Made by a program: the position numbers and the translations under genes. A DNA stretch of 64,000 nucleotides from positions 2,432,001-2,496,000 of the forward strand of contig CAVUSO010000001.1 in assembly GCA_963744145.1 (NCBI GenBank), given 5' to 3'. Source of the stretch: an uncultured cyanobacterium (lineage in GTDB: Bacteria > Cyanobacteriota > Cyanobacteriia > Cyanobacteriales > CAWUOF01). Below, piece after piece: positions 29,996 to 40,487 of this stretch; positions within the stretch are counted from its first letter, which is position 1; every line of letters starts with the position of its first letter. Below the pieces are notes generated by a model. That model was not told where the DNA came from, searched no databases, and saw only the letters and a list, made by a program, of their open reading frames with translations.

Positions 29996-30505
29996 ATGCT
30001 GAAAAAATTAGCTTCTTGTGGTGTTGCTTTGGGATTGATGTCTTTGAATCTCGCTATAGATAGTTATCCTGTAGGAGCAGAAACAAGAGTTCACGGTAAT
30101 CATTTTCTGATTCGTTCTGCCGAGGATAATAGTTATTGTATCGATGCAAGTCTTGATCAAGGAGCTGAAGGTCACAAAGCTTATATTTATAAATGTCACG
30201 GTCGTTACAACCAGCGCTGGACTTTTACTGATGGACTAGATAATGATAGTGCCCTGGTCGGATTTGATGGACGTTGTTTAGATATTAGGGGTAGACAAGT
30301 TAAAGATAATACTCCCCTGATTCTTTATCCTTGTCATTATGGCGCAAATCAACAATTTCAAGTCACAGCACGCGGACAAATCCGTGAGAAGCAGTCTGGT
30401 AAATGTCTTACTATTGGCTCCACTCCAGGCGATCGCAAGCCCGTATTTATTGATGATTGTGATGGTAATCCAGCTCAATTGTGGAAGATCACACGTGAAC
30501 TTTAA
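29996..30505 (+). CDS. Secreted ricin-B (beta-trefoil) lectin
   Basis: Signal peptide; three C-x-D...C...Q-x-W/F repeats (NQRW, NQQF, AQLW). Confidence 0.9.
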   Translation: MLKKLASCGVALGLMSLNLAIDSYPVGAETRVHGNHFLIRSAEDNSYCIDASLDQGAEGHKAYIYKCHGRYNQRWTFTDGLDNDSALVGFDGRCLDIRGRQVKDNTPLILYPCHYGANQQFQVTARGQIREKQSGKCLTIGSTPGDRKPVFIDDCDGNPAQLWKITREL

Positions 30506-30540
30506 CCAGTTGTTACCCTAATATTTCTATTTACCTAAAA

Positions 30541-30575
30541 TCAAGCGATCGCCAGGTGATATTGCGATCGCTTGA
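30541..30575. terminator. Hairpin built from two HIP1 sites between convergent genes
   Basis: TCAAGCGATCGC...GCGATCGCTTGA. Confidence 0.5.
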
Positions 30576-30638
30576 TCATCCTAATAGTTGTTAGTAGTTG
30601 TTGGATAAAACGCCCTAGGGAGAATTTACTTAATTATT

Positions 30639-31358
30639 CTATTTAACTAAGGATTCGGAACCAACCCAGTGCTTTTGAATCGCAATAATTGCTGCTTGAG
30701 TGCGATCGCGGACTTCTAATTTTTGTAAAATTGCATGAACATGAACGCGCACTGTACCAGGAGTAATAAAGAGCAATTCGGCAATTTCTTGATTATTCTT
30801 ACCACCTGCGACCAATGCTAAAATTTCTTGTTCCCGTTTAGTTAGGGGATTTTCATCCATTTCCAGAGCAGGTTCATATTGTCTCTGTTGATGATTAATT
30901 TTTCCAGAATTGATTACTGGAGGATGCTCTAAAAAAGCAGCTCTAATTTCTGTCATTGCTGCTTTATCCCACCAAGAAGCTCCCCCAGCTACTGAACGAA
31001 TTGCTAATATTAAAGCTTGTGCATCAATTCCTTTTAAACAATAACCTTGTGCTCCAGCTTCAATTAATTTAGCAATCAGGGGTTTTTCAGAACGAGATGT
31101 CAAGATTAATATCGGTAAATCTGGATGCTGCTGTTTAATTTGACGACAAGCTTCTACACCACCAATTCCTGGTAAACCTACATCCATCAGGATCAGATCG
31201 AGGGGATGTTGATTGGCTAAATCTACTGCTGTTTCTCCATCTTCTGCTTCAGCAACTAACTCTAAATCTGACTCCTGTTGTAATCTGACCCGAAGTCCAA
31301 GACGAAACAGTTCGTCATCCTCAACTAGCAAAATCTTTAGTGAATCAGCAGGTTTCAT
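30639..31358 (-). CDS. NarL/LuxR-family response regulator, divergent from kdp
   Basis: LLVEDD, LMDVGLPG, LTKREQEIL...GTVRVHV...KLEVRDRTQA. Confidence 0.93.
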   Translation of the reverse strand: MKPADSLKILLVEDDELFRLGLRVRLQQESDLELVAEAEDGETAVDLANQHPLDLILMDVGLPGIGGVEACRQIKQQHPDLPILILTSRSEKPLIAKLIEAGAQGYCLKGIDAQALILAIRSVAGGASWWDKAAMTEIRAAFLEHPPVINSGKINHQQRQYEPALEMDENPLTKREQEILALVAGGKNNQEIAELLFITPGTVRVHVHAILQKLEVRDRTQAAIIAIQKHWVGSESLVK

Positions 31359-31659
31359 TAGAAATTAAACCATTTGAGGTGGACAAGCAGGCAGTCAAAA
31401 CCCAAAGAAAGCATCTTGATCATACCTTCGACTCTGCCCTTTACAAATGTTCTGATGGAACCTCTCTACGCGAGCGGGAAAACGAGCGAGTAAAGTCAGT
31501 TGTCCAAAGGATCAATCTGACCACCCTATTATAGTCGGCTGGAGATAAACATAAGCCTTTGTGGGTTTAAAAATGCACTGGTTTAACACTGGGATCAATT
31601 GGGATGAGTCCAAAATTAGCATTAGACAAGAAAGCAAAAGTCATGTTGATCAATTTACT

Positions 31660-31745
31660 GGACAGGCAAGATGCCTGTCCCACAACCAAAAAAACTCTTG
31701 TAGGACAGGCATCTTGCCTGTCCTAGTTATTTTTGCAAGAAGTCT
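31660..31745. repeat. REP-like palindrome GGACAGGCAAGATGCCTGTCC; second copy at ~48655-48735
   Basis: Inverted arms GGACAGGCAAGATGCCTGTCC / GGACAGGCATCTTGCCTGTCC. Confidence 0.8.
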
Positions 31746-31992
31746 ATTGTGGGTGAGACAGTCCGCTCTCACTTAGAGGTCCATCAACTGTCTTTTCTGT
31801 CAACTGCATAAATCCTGATATATATATTTGTATATAAGTTCACCGAACTGGAGAACTTATATTTTGAGTAGTATTAACAAACTCCCTAATCATCTTGTTA
31901 AAGTTTGTTTACAGGAAAAATACATCTTGCGAACAACCGATTCGGGAAAAGCAGAGGATTGACCTGACGCGAATTTCTACTTTGGTTAAGTT

Positions 31993-33732
31993 ATGACCCA
32001 AGGATTCATTCAAATTGTACTGACCTTAATCATTTTAATCGCGATCGTCCGTCCTTTAGGGCAATATATCGCGAAGGTTTTTCTGGGAGAGAGAACCTTT
32101 CTCGACCCAATTATTGGACCTGTGGAAAGAATCATCTACCAAATCGGTGGAGTCCGGAGTAAGGAAACTATGACTGGTTGGTACTATACCCGTGCTTTGC
32201 TGTATAGCAACTTATTTATGGGTATATTTGTCTTTGTGATCTTAATGACTCAAAGATTACTACCTTTAAACCCAACAGGTTTGGGCACCCCTTTCTGGGA
32301 TACAGCGTTACATACCACAGTCTCATTTTTAACTAATACAGATCAACAACATTATTCTGGTGAAACCACATTAAGTTATTTTAGTCAAATTGCCGCATTA
32401 GGCTTTTTGATGTTCGTTTCTGCTGGAACTGGTCTAGCAGTTGGGATCGCATTTATTCGGGGATTAACAGGTAGACCATTGGGTAATTTTTATGTGGATC
32501 TGCTCCAATCAATTACCCGGATATTACTACCCATTTCTGTAATTGGAGCCATCCTATTAATTATCCTGGGTGTCCCAGAAACCTTACAAGGACCAGCGAT
32601 CGCGACCACCTTAGAAGGAAGCACCCAAGCAATTGCTAGAGGACCGATTGCTAATTTTGAAATAATTAAGCAATTAGGAGAAAATGGTGGTGGTTTTTTT
32701 GGGGTTAACTCAGCCCATCCCTTGGAAAATCCCAACGCTGCTACTAACCTAATTGAAACTATTGCAATGGTTTCTATTCCCGCAGCATTAATTTACACCT
32801 ATGGGGTATTTGCTAATAATACCAAACAAGCTTGGTTATTATTTTGGATGGTTTTTGGGATTTATGTAGTCTTAATTGGAATTAGTGCAATTGGTGAATA
32901 CCAAGGAAATCCCTTAGTCAACTCTTTACTAGGATCACAACAGCCAAATTTAGAGGGAAAAGAAATAAGATTTGGTTGGGCACAATCAGCTTTGTGGTTA
33001 GTAACTACTACTGGAACAATGTGCGGTGCTGCAACTAGTATGCACGATTCTCTCATGCCACCAGCACTTTTTTCTGCCATGTTTAACATGTTTCTGCAAA
33101 TTATTTGGGGAGGTCAAGGAACAGGGACAGCTTACTTATTTATCTTTCTGATTTTGACAGTGTTCCTGACTGGATTAATGGTAGGACGTACACCAGAATT
33201 TTTAGGGAGGAAGATTGAAAAACGGGAGATAGTTCTAGCTAGTGTAGTGCTGCTAGTGCATCCGATCGTGATTTTAATTCCGGGAGCGTTTGCTTTAGCA
33301 TTTGCTGATCAAGTAGCAGGAATTAGCAATCCTACCTTTCATGGACTTGCTCAAGTTATTTACGAATATACATCAGCAGCGGCGAATAATGGTTCAGGTT
33401 TAGCCGGATTAGGAAATATTCACCCTAGTAGCTATGATAATACACCGGAAAATATTGCTGCTCATACCAGTGCTTTGTGGTGGAATTTAACTTGTCTTTT
33501 TCCCCTATTAGGAGGACGTTATATTCCCATAATTGCCTTACTATTTTTAGCAGAAGGTATGGCAAATAAACAACCTGTACCAGTGACAACCGGAACCCTC
33601 CGGACTGACACATTACTATTTACTGGTGTGACTGCTGGAGTAATTTTAATTCTGGGAGCTTTAACCTTCTTTCCCGTATTAGCTCTCGGTCCAATTGCGG
33701 AAGCATTTCAAATTGCAGCTGGAACGACCTAA
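31993..33732 (+). CDS. kdpA: K+-transporting ATPase subunit A
   Basis: [42 protein letters not shown]. Confidence 0.97.
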   Translation: MTQGFIQIVLTLIILIAIVRPLGQYIAKVFLGERTFLDPIIGPVERIIYQIGGVRSKETMTGWYYTRALLYSNLFMGIFVFVILMTQRLLPLNPTGLGTPFWDTALHTTVSFLTNTDQQHYSGETTLSYFSQIAALGFLMFVSAGTGLAVGIAFIRGLTGRPLGNFYVDLLQSITRILLPISVIGAILLIILGVPETLQGPAIATTLEGSTQAIARGPIANFEIIKQLGENGGGFFGVNSAHPLENPNAATNLIETIAMVSIPAALIYTYGVFANNTKQAWLLFWMVFGIYVVLIGISAIGEYQGNPLVNSLLGSQQPNLEGKEIRFGWAQSALWLVTTTGTMCGAATSMHDSLMPPALFSAMFNMFLQIIWGGQGTGTAYLFIFLILTVFLTGLMVGRTPEFLGRKIEKREIVLASVVLLVHPIVILIPGAFALAFADQVAGISNPTFHGLAQVIYEYTSAAANNGSGLAGLGNIHPSSYDNTPENIAAHTSALWWNLTCLFPLLGGRYIPIIALLFLAEGMANKQPVPVTTGTLRTDTLLFTGVTAGVILILGALTFFPVLALGPIAEAFQIAAGTT

Positions 33733-33766
33733 ACAATTGCGATCGCTAGTAACAATAAATTGAACA

Positions 33767-35875
33767 ATGGTAACCCCTACATCTAAACCAATCCGTACTC
33801 CTGGTGGACCGCGCGGTTCGCGGAGACACACACCTAAAGTTGATACATCAGGACTTTATCAAAGAGCAGTTCGAGAGTCATTTGTCAAGCTTGATCCACG
33901 CATAACTGTGAAAAATCCAGTCATGTTTATTGTCTGGGTCGGGACAATTATTACTGCTTTAGTGACAATTGATCCTTATTTATTTGGTGGTTCTCCCGCA
34001 GAAACTACCCATGGTCTACCCTTAAGAGCTTTCAATGGTTTAATTACCTTAATTCTCTTTTTTACGGTAGTTTTTGCTAATTTTGCTGAAGCAGTAGCAG
34101 AAGGAAGAGGTAAAGCTCAAGCTGATGCGCTCCGAGCGACTAAAGCAGATACGATCGCACGTAAACTTTTACCAGATGGTACGATCCAGGAAGTATCTTC
34201 AACAACACTCAGAAAAGGTGATATGTTGAAAGTAATCGCTGGAGATATGATTCCCACCGATGGAGAAGTAATTGCTGGTGTTGCTTCCGTAGATGAATCA
34301 GCAATTACAGGAGAATCAGCACCGGTCTTGAAAGAACCAGGATCGGATATAGCTAGTTCTGTCACTGGAGGTACAAAGATTATCTCCGATGAACTAACTA
34401 TTAAAGTCAGTGCTGATCCGGGAAAAGGATTTATCGATCGCATGATTGCGCTAGTGGAAGGTGCGGAACGGAGCAAAACCCCTAATGAAATTGCTTTGAC
34501 TGTTTTATTAGCAGTTTTGACCGAGGTATTCTTAATTGTTGTTGCGACCCTACCACCGATCGGTAATTATGTTAATAGTCCAGTCAGTGTCGCGATTTTG
34601 ATTTCCCTATTAGTAGCACTAATTCCCACTACTATTGGTGGATTATTAAGTGCAATTGGGATTGCTGGAATGGATCGGGTAGCCCAATTTAATGTAGTCG
34701 CAACTTCAGGAAGAGCAGTAGAAGCTTGTGGTGATGTCAATACTCTGGTTTTAGATAAAACCGGAACAATTACCCTAGGAAATCGGTTAGCGGAAGAATT
34801 TATTCCGGTCAATAATCACTCAATTGAAGAAATTGCTACTGTTGCGTTAGCTGCGAGTATTTTTGACGAGACCCCAGAAGGAAAATCCATTGTTCGATTA
34901 GCAGAAAAATTAGGAGCTAAAACTGATTTCGATCGCAATCAATGCGAAGGAATTGAATTTTCAGCCCGAACGAGGATGAGTGGAACTGATCTCCCCAATG
35001 AACAAGAAGTAAGGAAGGGAGCAGTGGATGCGGTTAAAGGTTTTGTGCGATCGCGTGGAGGTCAAATTCCTCCAGAACTGGATACTGCTTATGAAAGAGT
35101 TTCCCATCAAGGAGGTACACCTTTAGCGGTTTGTCAAAATAATGATCTCTATGGTGTGATTTACCTCAAAGATATTATTAAACCTGGAATCCGGGAACGA
35201 TTTGACCAATTGCGACGGATGGGGGTACGGACAATCATGCTCACTGGAGATAACCGGATTACAGCTAATGTAATTGCTCAAGAAGCAGGAGTAGATGATT
35301 TTATTGCGGAAGCAACTCCAGAAGATAAAATTAGCGTCATTCAGAGAGAACAATCTCAAGGTAAAATTGTCGCAATGACTGGTGATGGTACGAATGATGC
35401 ACCTGCTCTAGCACAAGCAAACGTAGGGGTAGCAATGAATTCAGGTACTCAAGCAGCTAAAGAAGCTGCGAATATGGTAGATTTAGATTCAGACCCGACA
35501 AAATTAATTGATTTAGTTACCATTGGTAAACAACTACTAATTACTCGTGGTGCTTTGACAACTTTTTCGATCGCTAACGACATTGCTAAATATTTTGCGA
35601 TTATTCCTGTAATATTTGCTTCAGCAGGATTACAAAGCTTGAATATCATGGGGCTAAAAAGTATGGAATCTGCGGTTTTATCAGCGTTAATTTATAATGC
35701 GTTGATTATCCCAGCTTTAATTCCTTTAGCACTCACAGGTGTTGAATTTAAACCTCTGACCGCTAATCAACTTTTGCAACGTAATATTTTCATCTACGGT
35801 GTCGGTGGAGTGATTGCACCTTTTATCGCAATTAAAGTAATTGATTTGCTAATCACTGTAGTACATTTGGCTTAA
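33767..35875 (+). CDS. kdpB: K+-transporting P-type ATPase subunit B
   Basis: [23 protein letters not shown]. Confidence 0.98.
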   Translation: MVTPTSKPIRTPGGPRGSRRHTPKVDTSGLYQRAVRESFVKLDPRITVKNPVMFIVWVGTIITALVTIDPYLFGGSPAETTHGLPLRAFNGLITLILFFTVVFANFAEAVAEGRGKAQADALRATKADTIARKLLPDGTIQEVSSTTLRKGDMLKVIAGDMIPTDGEVIAGVASVDESAITGESAPVLKEPGSDIASSVTGGTKIISDELTIKVSADPGKGFIDRMIALVEGAERSKTPNEIALTVLLAVLTEVFLIVVATLPPIGNYVNSPVSVAILISLLVALIPTTIGGLLSAIGIAGMDRVAQFNVVATSGRAVEACGDVNTLVLDKTGTITLGNRLAEEFIPVNNHSIEEIATVALAASIFDETPEGKSIVRLAEKLGAKTDFDRNQCEGIEFSARTRMSGTDLPNEQEVRKGAVDAVKGFVRSRGGQIPPELDTAYERVSHQGGTPLAVCQNNDLYGVIYLKDIIKPGIRERFDQLRRMGVRTIMLTGDNRITANVIAQEAGVDDFIAEATPEDKISVIQREQSQGKIVAMTGDGTNDAPALAQANVGVAMNSGTQAAKEAANMVDLDSDPTKLIDLVTIGKQLLITRGALTTFSIANDIAKYFAIIPVIFASAGLQSLNIMGLKSMESAVLSALIYNALIIPALIPLALTGVEFKPLTANQLLQRNIFIYGVGGVIAPFIAIKVIDLLITVVHLA

Positions 35876-35895
35876 ATTAGGTAAGGACAAAAATT

Positions 35896-36165
35896 ATGAA
35901 AATTATTGATTCCATTGAGGAATATTTACCGAGAAATTTCCAAGAATTGATAGATTTAGGGCACAATTTATGGAAAAAACACCCAGTTCCGGTGCGATTA
36001 TTCCTATTAATGTGCTTTAATTTGCTCCTGATTCCAGGAGTACAAGCTGCAACAGGAGGACAAATTTCCACCGGACAAGCTTATTGGTTAGCTTTCCTGG
36101 GATTAGTGACTTTAGCACTAGCAGTTTATCTATTTGTTGTAATTGTTCAACCGGAGCGGTTTTAA
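35896..36165 (+). CDS. kdpG: Cyanobacterial KdpG (extended KdpF-like) subunit
   Basis: Located between kdpB and kdpC; C-terminus LAVYLFVVIVQPERF is KdpF-like. Confidence 0.8.
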   Translation: MKIIDSIEEYLPRNFQELIDLGHNLWKKHPVPVRLFLLMCFNLLLIPGVQAATGGQISTGQAYWLAFLGLVTLALAVYLFVVIVQPERF

Positions 36166-36170
36166 GATTT

Positions 36171-36821
36171 ATGGTGCGAGAAATTATCACAGGTATTCGA
36201 GTTAGTTTGGTAATCTGGGTATTAACTGGAATTATTTATCCTTTGTTAATGGTAGCAGTAGGACAAATATTATTTCCCTATCAAGCTAATGGGAGTTTAA
36301 TTAATTCCCCCAATTCCCCCACACCAGTTGGTTCAGCTTTAATTGGACAACCTTTCAGTCAAGACAAATATTTTTGGAGTCGTCCTAGTACAGTCAGCTA
36401 TAGTACAGCTGATCCAAAAAACGATAAGGATAATATTCTCCAAACCGGAGTTTCTGGAGCTAGTAATTTAGCTCCTAGTAATTCCCAAGAGTTACTGAAG
36501 GATAATCGCAAACCAGACGATCCTGATTTGTTAAAACGAATTCGAGGTGATATAAATAAGTTAAAAGCTGCTGGAATTCAACCCACTGCTGATCTAGTCT
36601 ATACTTCTGGGTCTGGTTTAGATCCCCATATTAGTGAAGAATCAGCGCAGGCCCAAATTAATCGGGTCGCTAAAGCTAGAGGAATCAACCCTAATCAGGT
36701 CGAACTGATTCTTTCTAAACACATTGATTCTAGATTTCTGGGGATTTTTGGGGAACCTGGGGTGAATGTATTGCAACTAAATTTAGATTTAGATAGGATT
36801 AAAACAGCTCCACCAAGTTAG
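36171..36821 (+). CDS. kdpC: K+-transporting ATPase subunit C
   Basis: FPYQANGS, YFWSRPS, SGASNL, SGSGLDPHIS, GEPGVNVLQLN; ATG at 36171. Confidence 0.95.
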   Translation: MVREIITGIRVSLVIWVLTGIIYPLLMVAVGQILFPYQANGSLINSPNSPTPVGSALIGQPFSQDKYFWSRPSTVSYSTADPKNDKDNILQTGVSGASNLAPSNSQELLKDNRKPDDPDLLKRIRGDINKLKAAGIQPTADLVYTSGSGLDPHISEESAQAQINRVAKARGINPNQVELILSKHIDSRFLGIFGEPGVNVLQLNLDLDRIKTAPPS

Positions 36822-36858
36822 ACGGGTTAGGATCTCAGCGGATTTTACCGATTGAGTT

Positions 36859-36898
36859 GCACTTAATCCAATCATAACCTAATAATTGGATTAAGTGC
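36859..36898 (+). terminator. Hairpin after kdpC
   Basis: GCACTTAATCCAAT...ATTGGATTAAGTGC. Confidence 0.6.
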
Positions 36899-37117
36899 TA
36901 ATTACTAACTCATGGCTTTTGATTATCATTGATCTCAACTTATGCTAAATCCAGATTGACAAAAAAATCCGTATTTATACGGTAGTTAACCACAGCATCG
37001 CTTGGTATGTTGACAAAAACAGTAAAATTACTTAGATAATAAGTAGTTTTCATTTTTAACCAACATTTTCTGAATTGGCATAATATTTTTCGATCAGATG
37101 GTGCAATACGCCTAAAA

Positions 37118-38263
37118 ATGATTACCAAAAACGATCTAACCAGCCCGCTTCATCTACCTATGTATAAACATCCACGGCGGGGTAAACATAAAATTTTTAT
37201 TGGGATGGCACCCGGAGTGGGTAAAACTTTCCGGATGCTAGAAGAAGCTCATCAACTGAAAAATGAGGGACTTGACGTTGTGATTGGATTAATAGAAACC
37301 CATCAACGCAAGGATACGGTCGAAAAAGCTGAAGGGTTAGAAATTGTGCCCCGCAAAAATATGAGCCGCGGCGGTATGATCTTAACTGAAATGGATACAG
37401 ATGCGATTTTAGAGCGTCAACCTCAGCTAGTTTTAGTAGATGAATTGGCACATACTAATATTCCGGGTTCCTCGCGAGAAAAGCGTTATCAAGATGTAGA
37501 AGTGCTGTTAGAAGGTGGACTAGATGTTTATTCTACTGTCAATATTCAGCACTTAGAAAGTTTGAATGATTTAGTTGCCCGAATTACGGGAGTAGTAGTC
37601 AGGGAACGTATTCCTGATCGTCTGTTAGATGAAGCTGATGAAGTGGTAGTAATTGACGTTACACCCGAAACTCTAGAAGAAAGACTGATCGAAGGAAAAA
37701 TTTATGCTCCGGAAAAGGTAGATCAGTCTTTAAGAAATTTCTTTCAACGACGTCATTTAATTGCACTCCGAGAATTAGCACTGCGAGAAGTAGCTGATAA
37801 TGTCGAAGGAGATGCGTTAAATTCAACCCCAACTACGAAATTTTGTAGTATTCACGAACGAGTTTTAGTTTGTATATCAACTTATCCTAATTCAGTGCAA
37901 TTGTTGCGACGTGGAGCCAGAATTTCAGATTATATGCGAGCGCGTCTGTATGCAGTGTTTGTAGCACATCCAGAGCGGTTTTTGACGAAAGAAGAGAGTT
38001 TGCATATTGAAACCTGTGAAAAACTTTGTAAAGAATTTGGAGGGGAATTTATCCGGATTTCTGATTATGATGTAGCTAAAGCGATCGCGCAAGTAGCCCA
38101 TCAATATCATATTACTCAAGTTGTCTTAGGTGATACTCGTCGCTCCCGCTGGGAGTTATTTTTAAAGGGTTCTTTTGTGCAGCGTTTAATGCGACAATTA
38201 CAAAATATTGATTTGCATATTATCGCGACTGAAAAAAGCTCCAATTCATCTCCATCATTATAA
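37118..38263 (+). CDS. kdpD: Short cyanobacterial KdpD (KdpD-N plus Usp; no TM or kinase domain)
   Basis: GMAPGVGKT, VDELAHTN, NIQHLESLND, LRELALR; C-terminal Usp domain. Confidence 0.93.
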   Translation: MITKNDLTSPLHLPMYKHPRRGKHKIFIGMAPGVGKTFRMLEEAHQLKNEGLDVVIGLIETHQRKDTVEKAEGLEIVPRKNMSRGGMILTEMDTDAILERQPQLVLVDELAHTNIPGSSREKRYQDVEVLLEGGLDVYSTVNIQHLESLNDLVARITGVVVRERIPDRLLDEADEVVVIDVTPETLEERLIEGKIYAPEKVDQSLRNFFQRRHLIALRELALREVADNVEGDALNSTPTTKFCSIHERVLVCISTYPNSVQLLRRGARISDYMRARLYAVFVAHPERFLTKEESLHIETCEKLCKEFGGEFIRISDYDVAKAIAQVAHQYHITQVVLGDTRRSRWELFLKGSFVQRLMRQLQNIDLHIIATEKSSNSSPSL

Positions 38264-38358
38264 CTAGAAGAGACCTAACTCCCCAACCCCCTTCCCTACC
38301 AGGAAAGGGGGAGTAATTAAGATGACCGATCATAAATCAAAAAATAGAATAATCAACC

Positions 38359-38688
38359 ATGCTAATCGAAGAATATTTTGATTTTTTGGCCCCAGATGAC
38401 ATTCGAGTAAAAGGGACAAGAGTAGGAATAGAAAGTATCCTTTATGAATATATTTATCGGCAACGTTCACCGGAGGAAATCTTAAAACACTTTTCTACTC
38501 TTACTCTCGATCAAATCTACGCTACAATTCTTTATTATTTAACCAATAAAGAAACTGTAGATCGATATATTGAAGACTGGCTCCAATGGTCACATCAACA
38601 AAGAAAAATCCAAGAATTAAACCCTCATCCAGCTTCAATTAGATTACAAAAGATCAAGGTGGAAAGACAGAAAAATAATGCCACTTAA
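38359..38688 (+). CDS. DUF433-family antitoxin
   Basis: IRVKGTRV...SPEEI...LTLDQIYATILYY. Confidence 0.88.
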   Translation: MLIEEYFDFLAPDDIRVKGTRVGIESILYEYIYRQRSPEEILKHFSTLTLDQIYATILYYLTNKETVDRYIEDWLQWSHQQRKIQELNPHPASIRLQKIKVERQKNNAT

Positions 38689-39049
38689 GTACCTTATGGA
38701 TGAAAATGTTGATCCAATTTATCCTATTCAAATTCGGATCAGACAACCAGAATTAATTATTAGAGTTATTGGCGAACCTTTTATCCCAGCCAAAGGAACT
38801 AAAGATCCTGAAATTTTAGAATGGTGTGAAGAATATAACTTTATTCTAGTCACAAATAACCGTAAATCTATGCCAGTTCATTTGAAAGATCATTTACAAA
38901 TAAATCATCATATTTCTGGGATTTTTATTTTAAATGCGAATTTAAGTATTGGACAAAATATCGATGAATTAATTTTGATTGCTGAATGTTCTTTCGTCAA
39001 TGAATATCAAGATCAAATTATTCATCTACCTATCACTGAATCTGAGTAA
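38678..39049 (+). CDS. DUF5615 PIN-like toxin
   Basis: YLMDENV, DPEILEWC, ILVTNN; overlaps the DUF433 gene. Confidence 0.85.
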   Translation: MPLKYLMDENVDPIYPIQIRIRQPELIIRVIGEPFIPAKGTKDPEILEWCEEYNFILVTNNRKSMPVHLKDHLQINHHISGIFILNANLSIGQNIDELILIAECSFVNEYQDQIIHLPITESE

Positions 39050-39068
39050 AGGTATACTAATTATATGT

Positions 39069-40472
39069 ATGTTAAAAGACCAAATTTTACAGGAACGCTA
39101 TCAACTCCAGCAAAATTTAGGAAAAAAAACAGGTTATCAAACTTGGTTAGCTGAAGACTTATTAGTAAAACCATCAAAGTTAGTGATTATTAAGTTACTT
39201 GCGTTTAGTCCTCAGATGCAGTGGGAAGAATTTAAACTGTTTGAACGGGAAGCACAAGTATTAAAAAATCTAAATCATCCCCGGATTCCTAAGTATCAAG
39301 ATTATTTTTCCGTCGATTTCCAGACTGGGGAGGGATTATGTTGGTTTGGGTTAGTTCAAGACTATATTAATGGAGTCTCCTTACAGCAACTTTTAGATCA
39401 AGGTCAAAGATTTCCAGAAAGTCAACTACGTTCGATCGCGATCCAGATCTTAGATATATTAACTTATCTCCATAGTTTTACTCCACCTGTACTTCATCGA
39501 GATCTGAAACCGAGTAACTTGATTTGGGGAGAAGATGAACAGGTTTATTTAGTTGATTTTGGTGCAGTTAGTGATCCCAAAGCGGTAGAAGGAGCAACAT
39601 TTACGATCGTGGGAACTGCGGGGTATACACCGTTAGAACAATTTTGGGGAAGAGCAGTTCCTAGCTCAGATTTATATGCTCTGGGTGCAACATTAATTCA
39701 TTTATTAACAGGAATACCCCCAGCAGATTTACCCCAAGATAATTTGCGGATACAATTTACTAATCAAGTTAGTGTTAATGCAAGTTTTTGTCGCTGGATT
39801 GAATTGCTAACAGAACCAGATGTAGAGCATCGGTTTAATTCTGCAAGTCAAGCGATCAAAGCTTTGCAGACAAAAACATTATTTACTGGAAAAATAACTA
39901 AAAATTACCCCCAAGTTCTGAAAATTAGTCAAACCGATCAGAAATTACTGATTACTATACCACGGAATCAGCTAAAAATTAGGGATTGGCTCCAATTAAC
40001 TGGTAAATTAACTAGAGAAATTTGGGTGAGATTAGGGTTAATCTTACCCACCCTAGGTTTAAGCTTAGTCATTTCACCTCTCCTCGAGATCTATTTTTCT
40101 GCTTCTACTAATACTTACTTTATTCTAGTTGTGTTGAGCATAGTCGGAATTTTACTAGGATTTTCCTTGATTAGCTTAATTCGCTCCGGATTATTGAGTA
40201 TAATTAAAGAAATTGCGATCGCATATTTTGGAGATCAGTACCTCCAGTTTACCCGAAACCAGTTTTCTAGTTGGAAGCAAATCTTAAATTGTGCAGGAGA
40301 ACGGATGATTTTAGGAAAAACCGCAGAAATTAATAAAATTACCTCTATTCCCTTTGAGTCAATCATCATTGAAACTTCAGCAAATCGCTATGTGACGGGA
40401 CAGCAATTAACTGAACCAGAACGAGATCAATTAGTACAAGTTATCCAAACTTGGTTAAACCGCACAATTTGA
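39069..40472 (+). CDS. Membrane Ser/Thr protein kinase (Pkn2-type)
   Basis: FEREAQVL, HRDLKPSN, DFG, SDLYALG; two C-terminal TM helices. Confidence 0.92.
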   Translation: MLKDQILQERYQLQQNLGKKTGYQTWLAEDLLVKPSKLVIIKLLAFSPQMQWEEFKLFEREAQVLKNLNHPRIPKYQDYFSVDFQTGEGLCWFGLVQDYINGVSLQQLLDQGQRFPESQLRSIAIQILDILTYLHSFTPPVLHRDLKPSNLIWGEDEQVYLVDFGAVSDPKAVEGATFTIVGTAGYTPLEQFWGRAVPSSDLYALGATLIHLLTGIPPADLPQDNLRIQFTNQVSVNASFCRWIELLTEPDVEHRFNSASQAIKALQTKTLFTGKITKNYPQVLKISQTDQKLLITIPRNQLKIRDWLQLTGKLTREIWVRLGLILPTLGLSLVISPLLEIYFSASTNTYFILVVLSIVGILLGFSLISLIRSGLLSIIKEIAIAYFGDQYLQFTRNQFSSWKQILNCAGERMILGKTAEINKITSIPFESIIIETSANRYVTGQQLTEPERDQLVQVIQTWLNRTI

Positions 40473-40487
40473 AACCAGAAATGATCT

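Noticed and set aside
31360..31990. Possible c-di-AMP (ydaO) riboswitch or kdpF upstream of kdpA
   Set aside because: No recognisable consensus or KdpF-like ORF found by eye.
32490..35649. Several antisense ORFs within kdpA/kdpB (likewise within hoxF, cbiM and EF-G2)
   Set aside because: Shadow frames of well-conserved genes.
36084..36170. Extended kdpC N-terminus from the ORF track
   Set aside because: Overlaps kdpG; ATG at 36171 gives the typical KdpC start.
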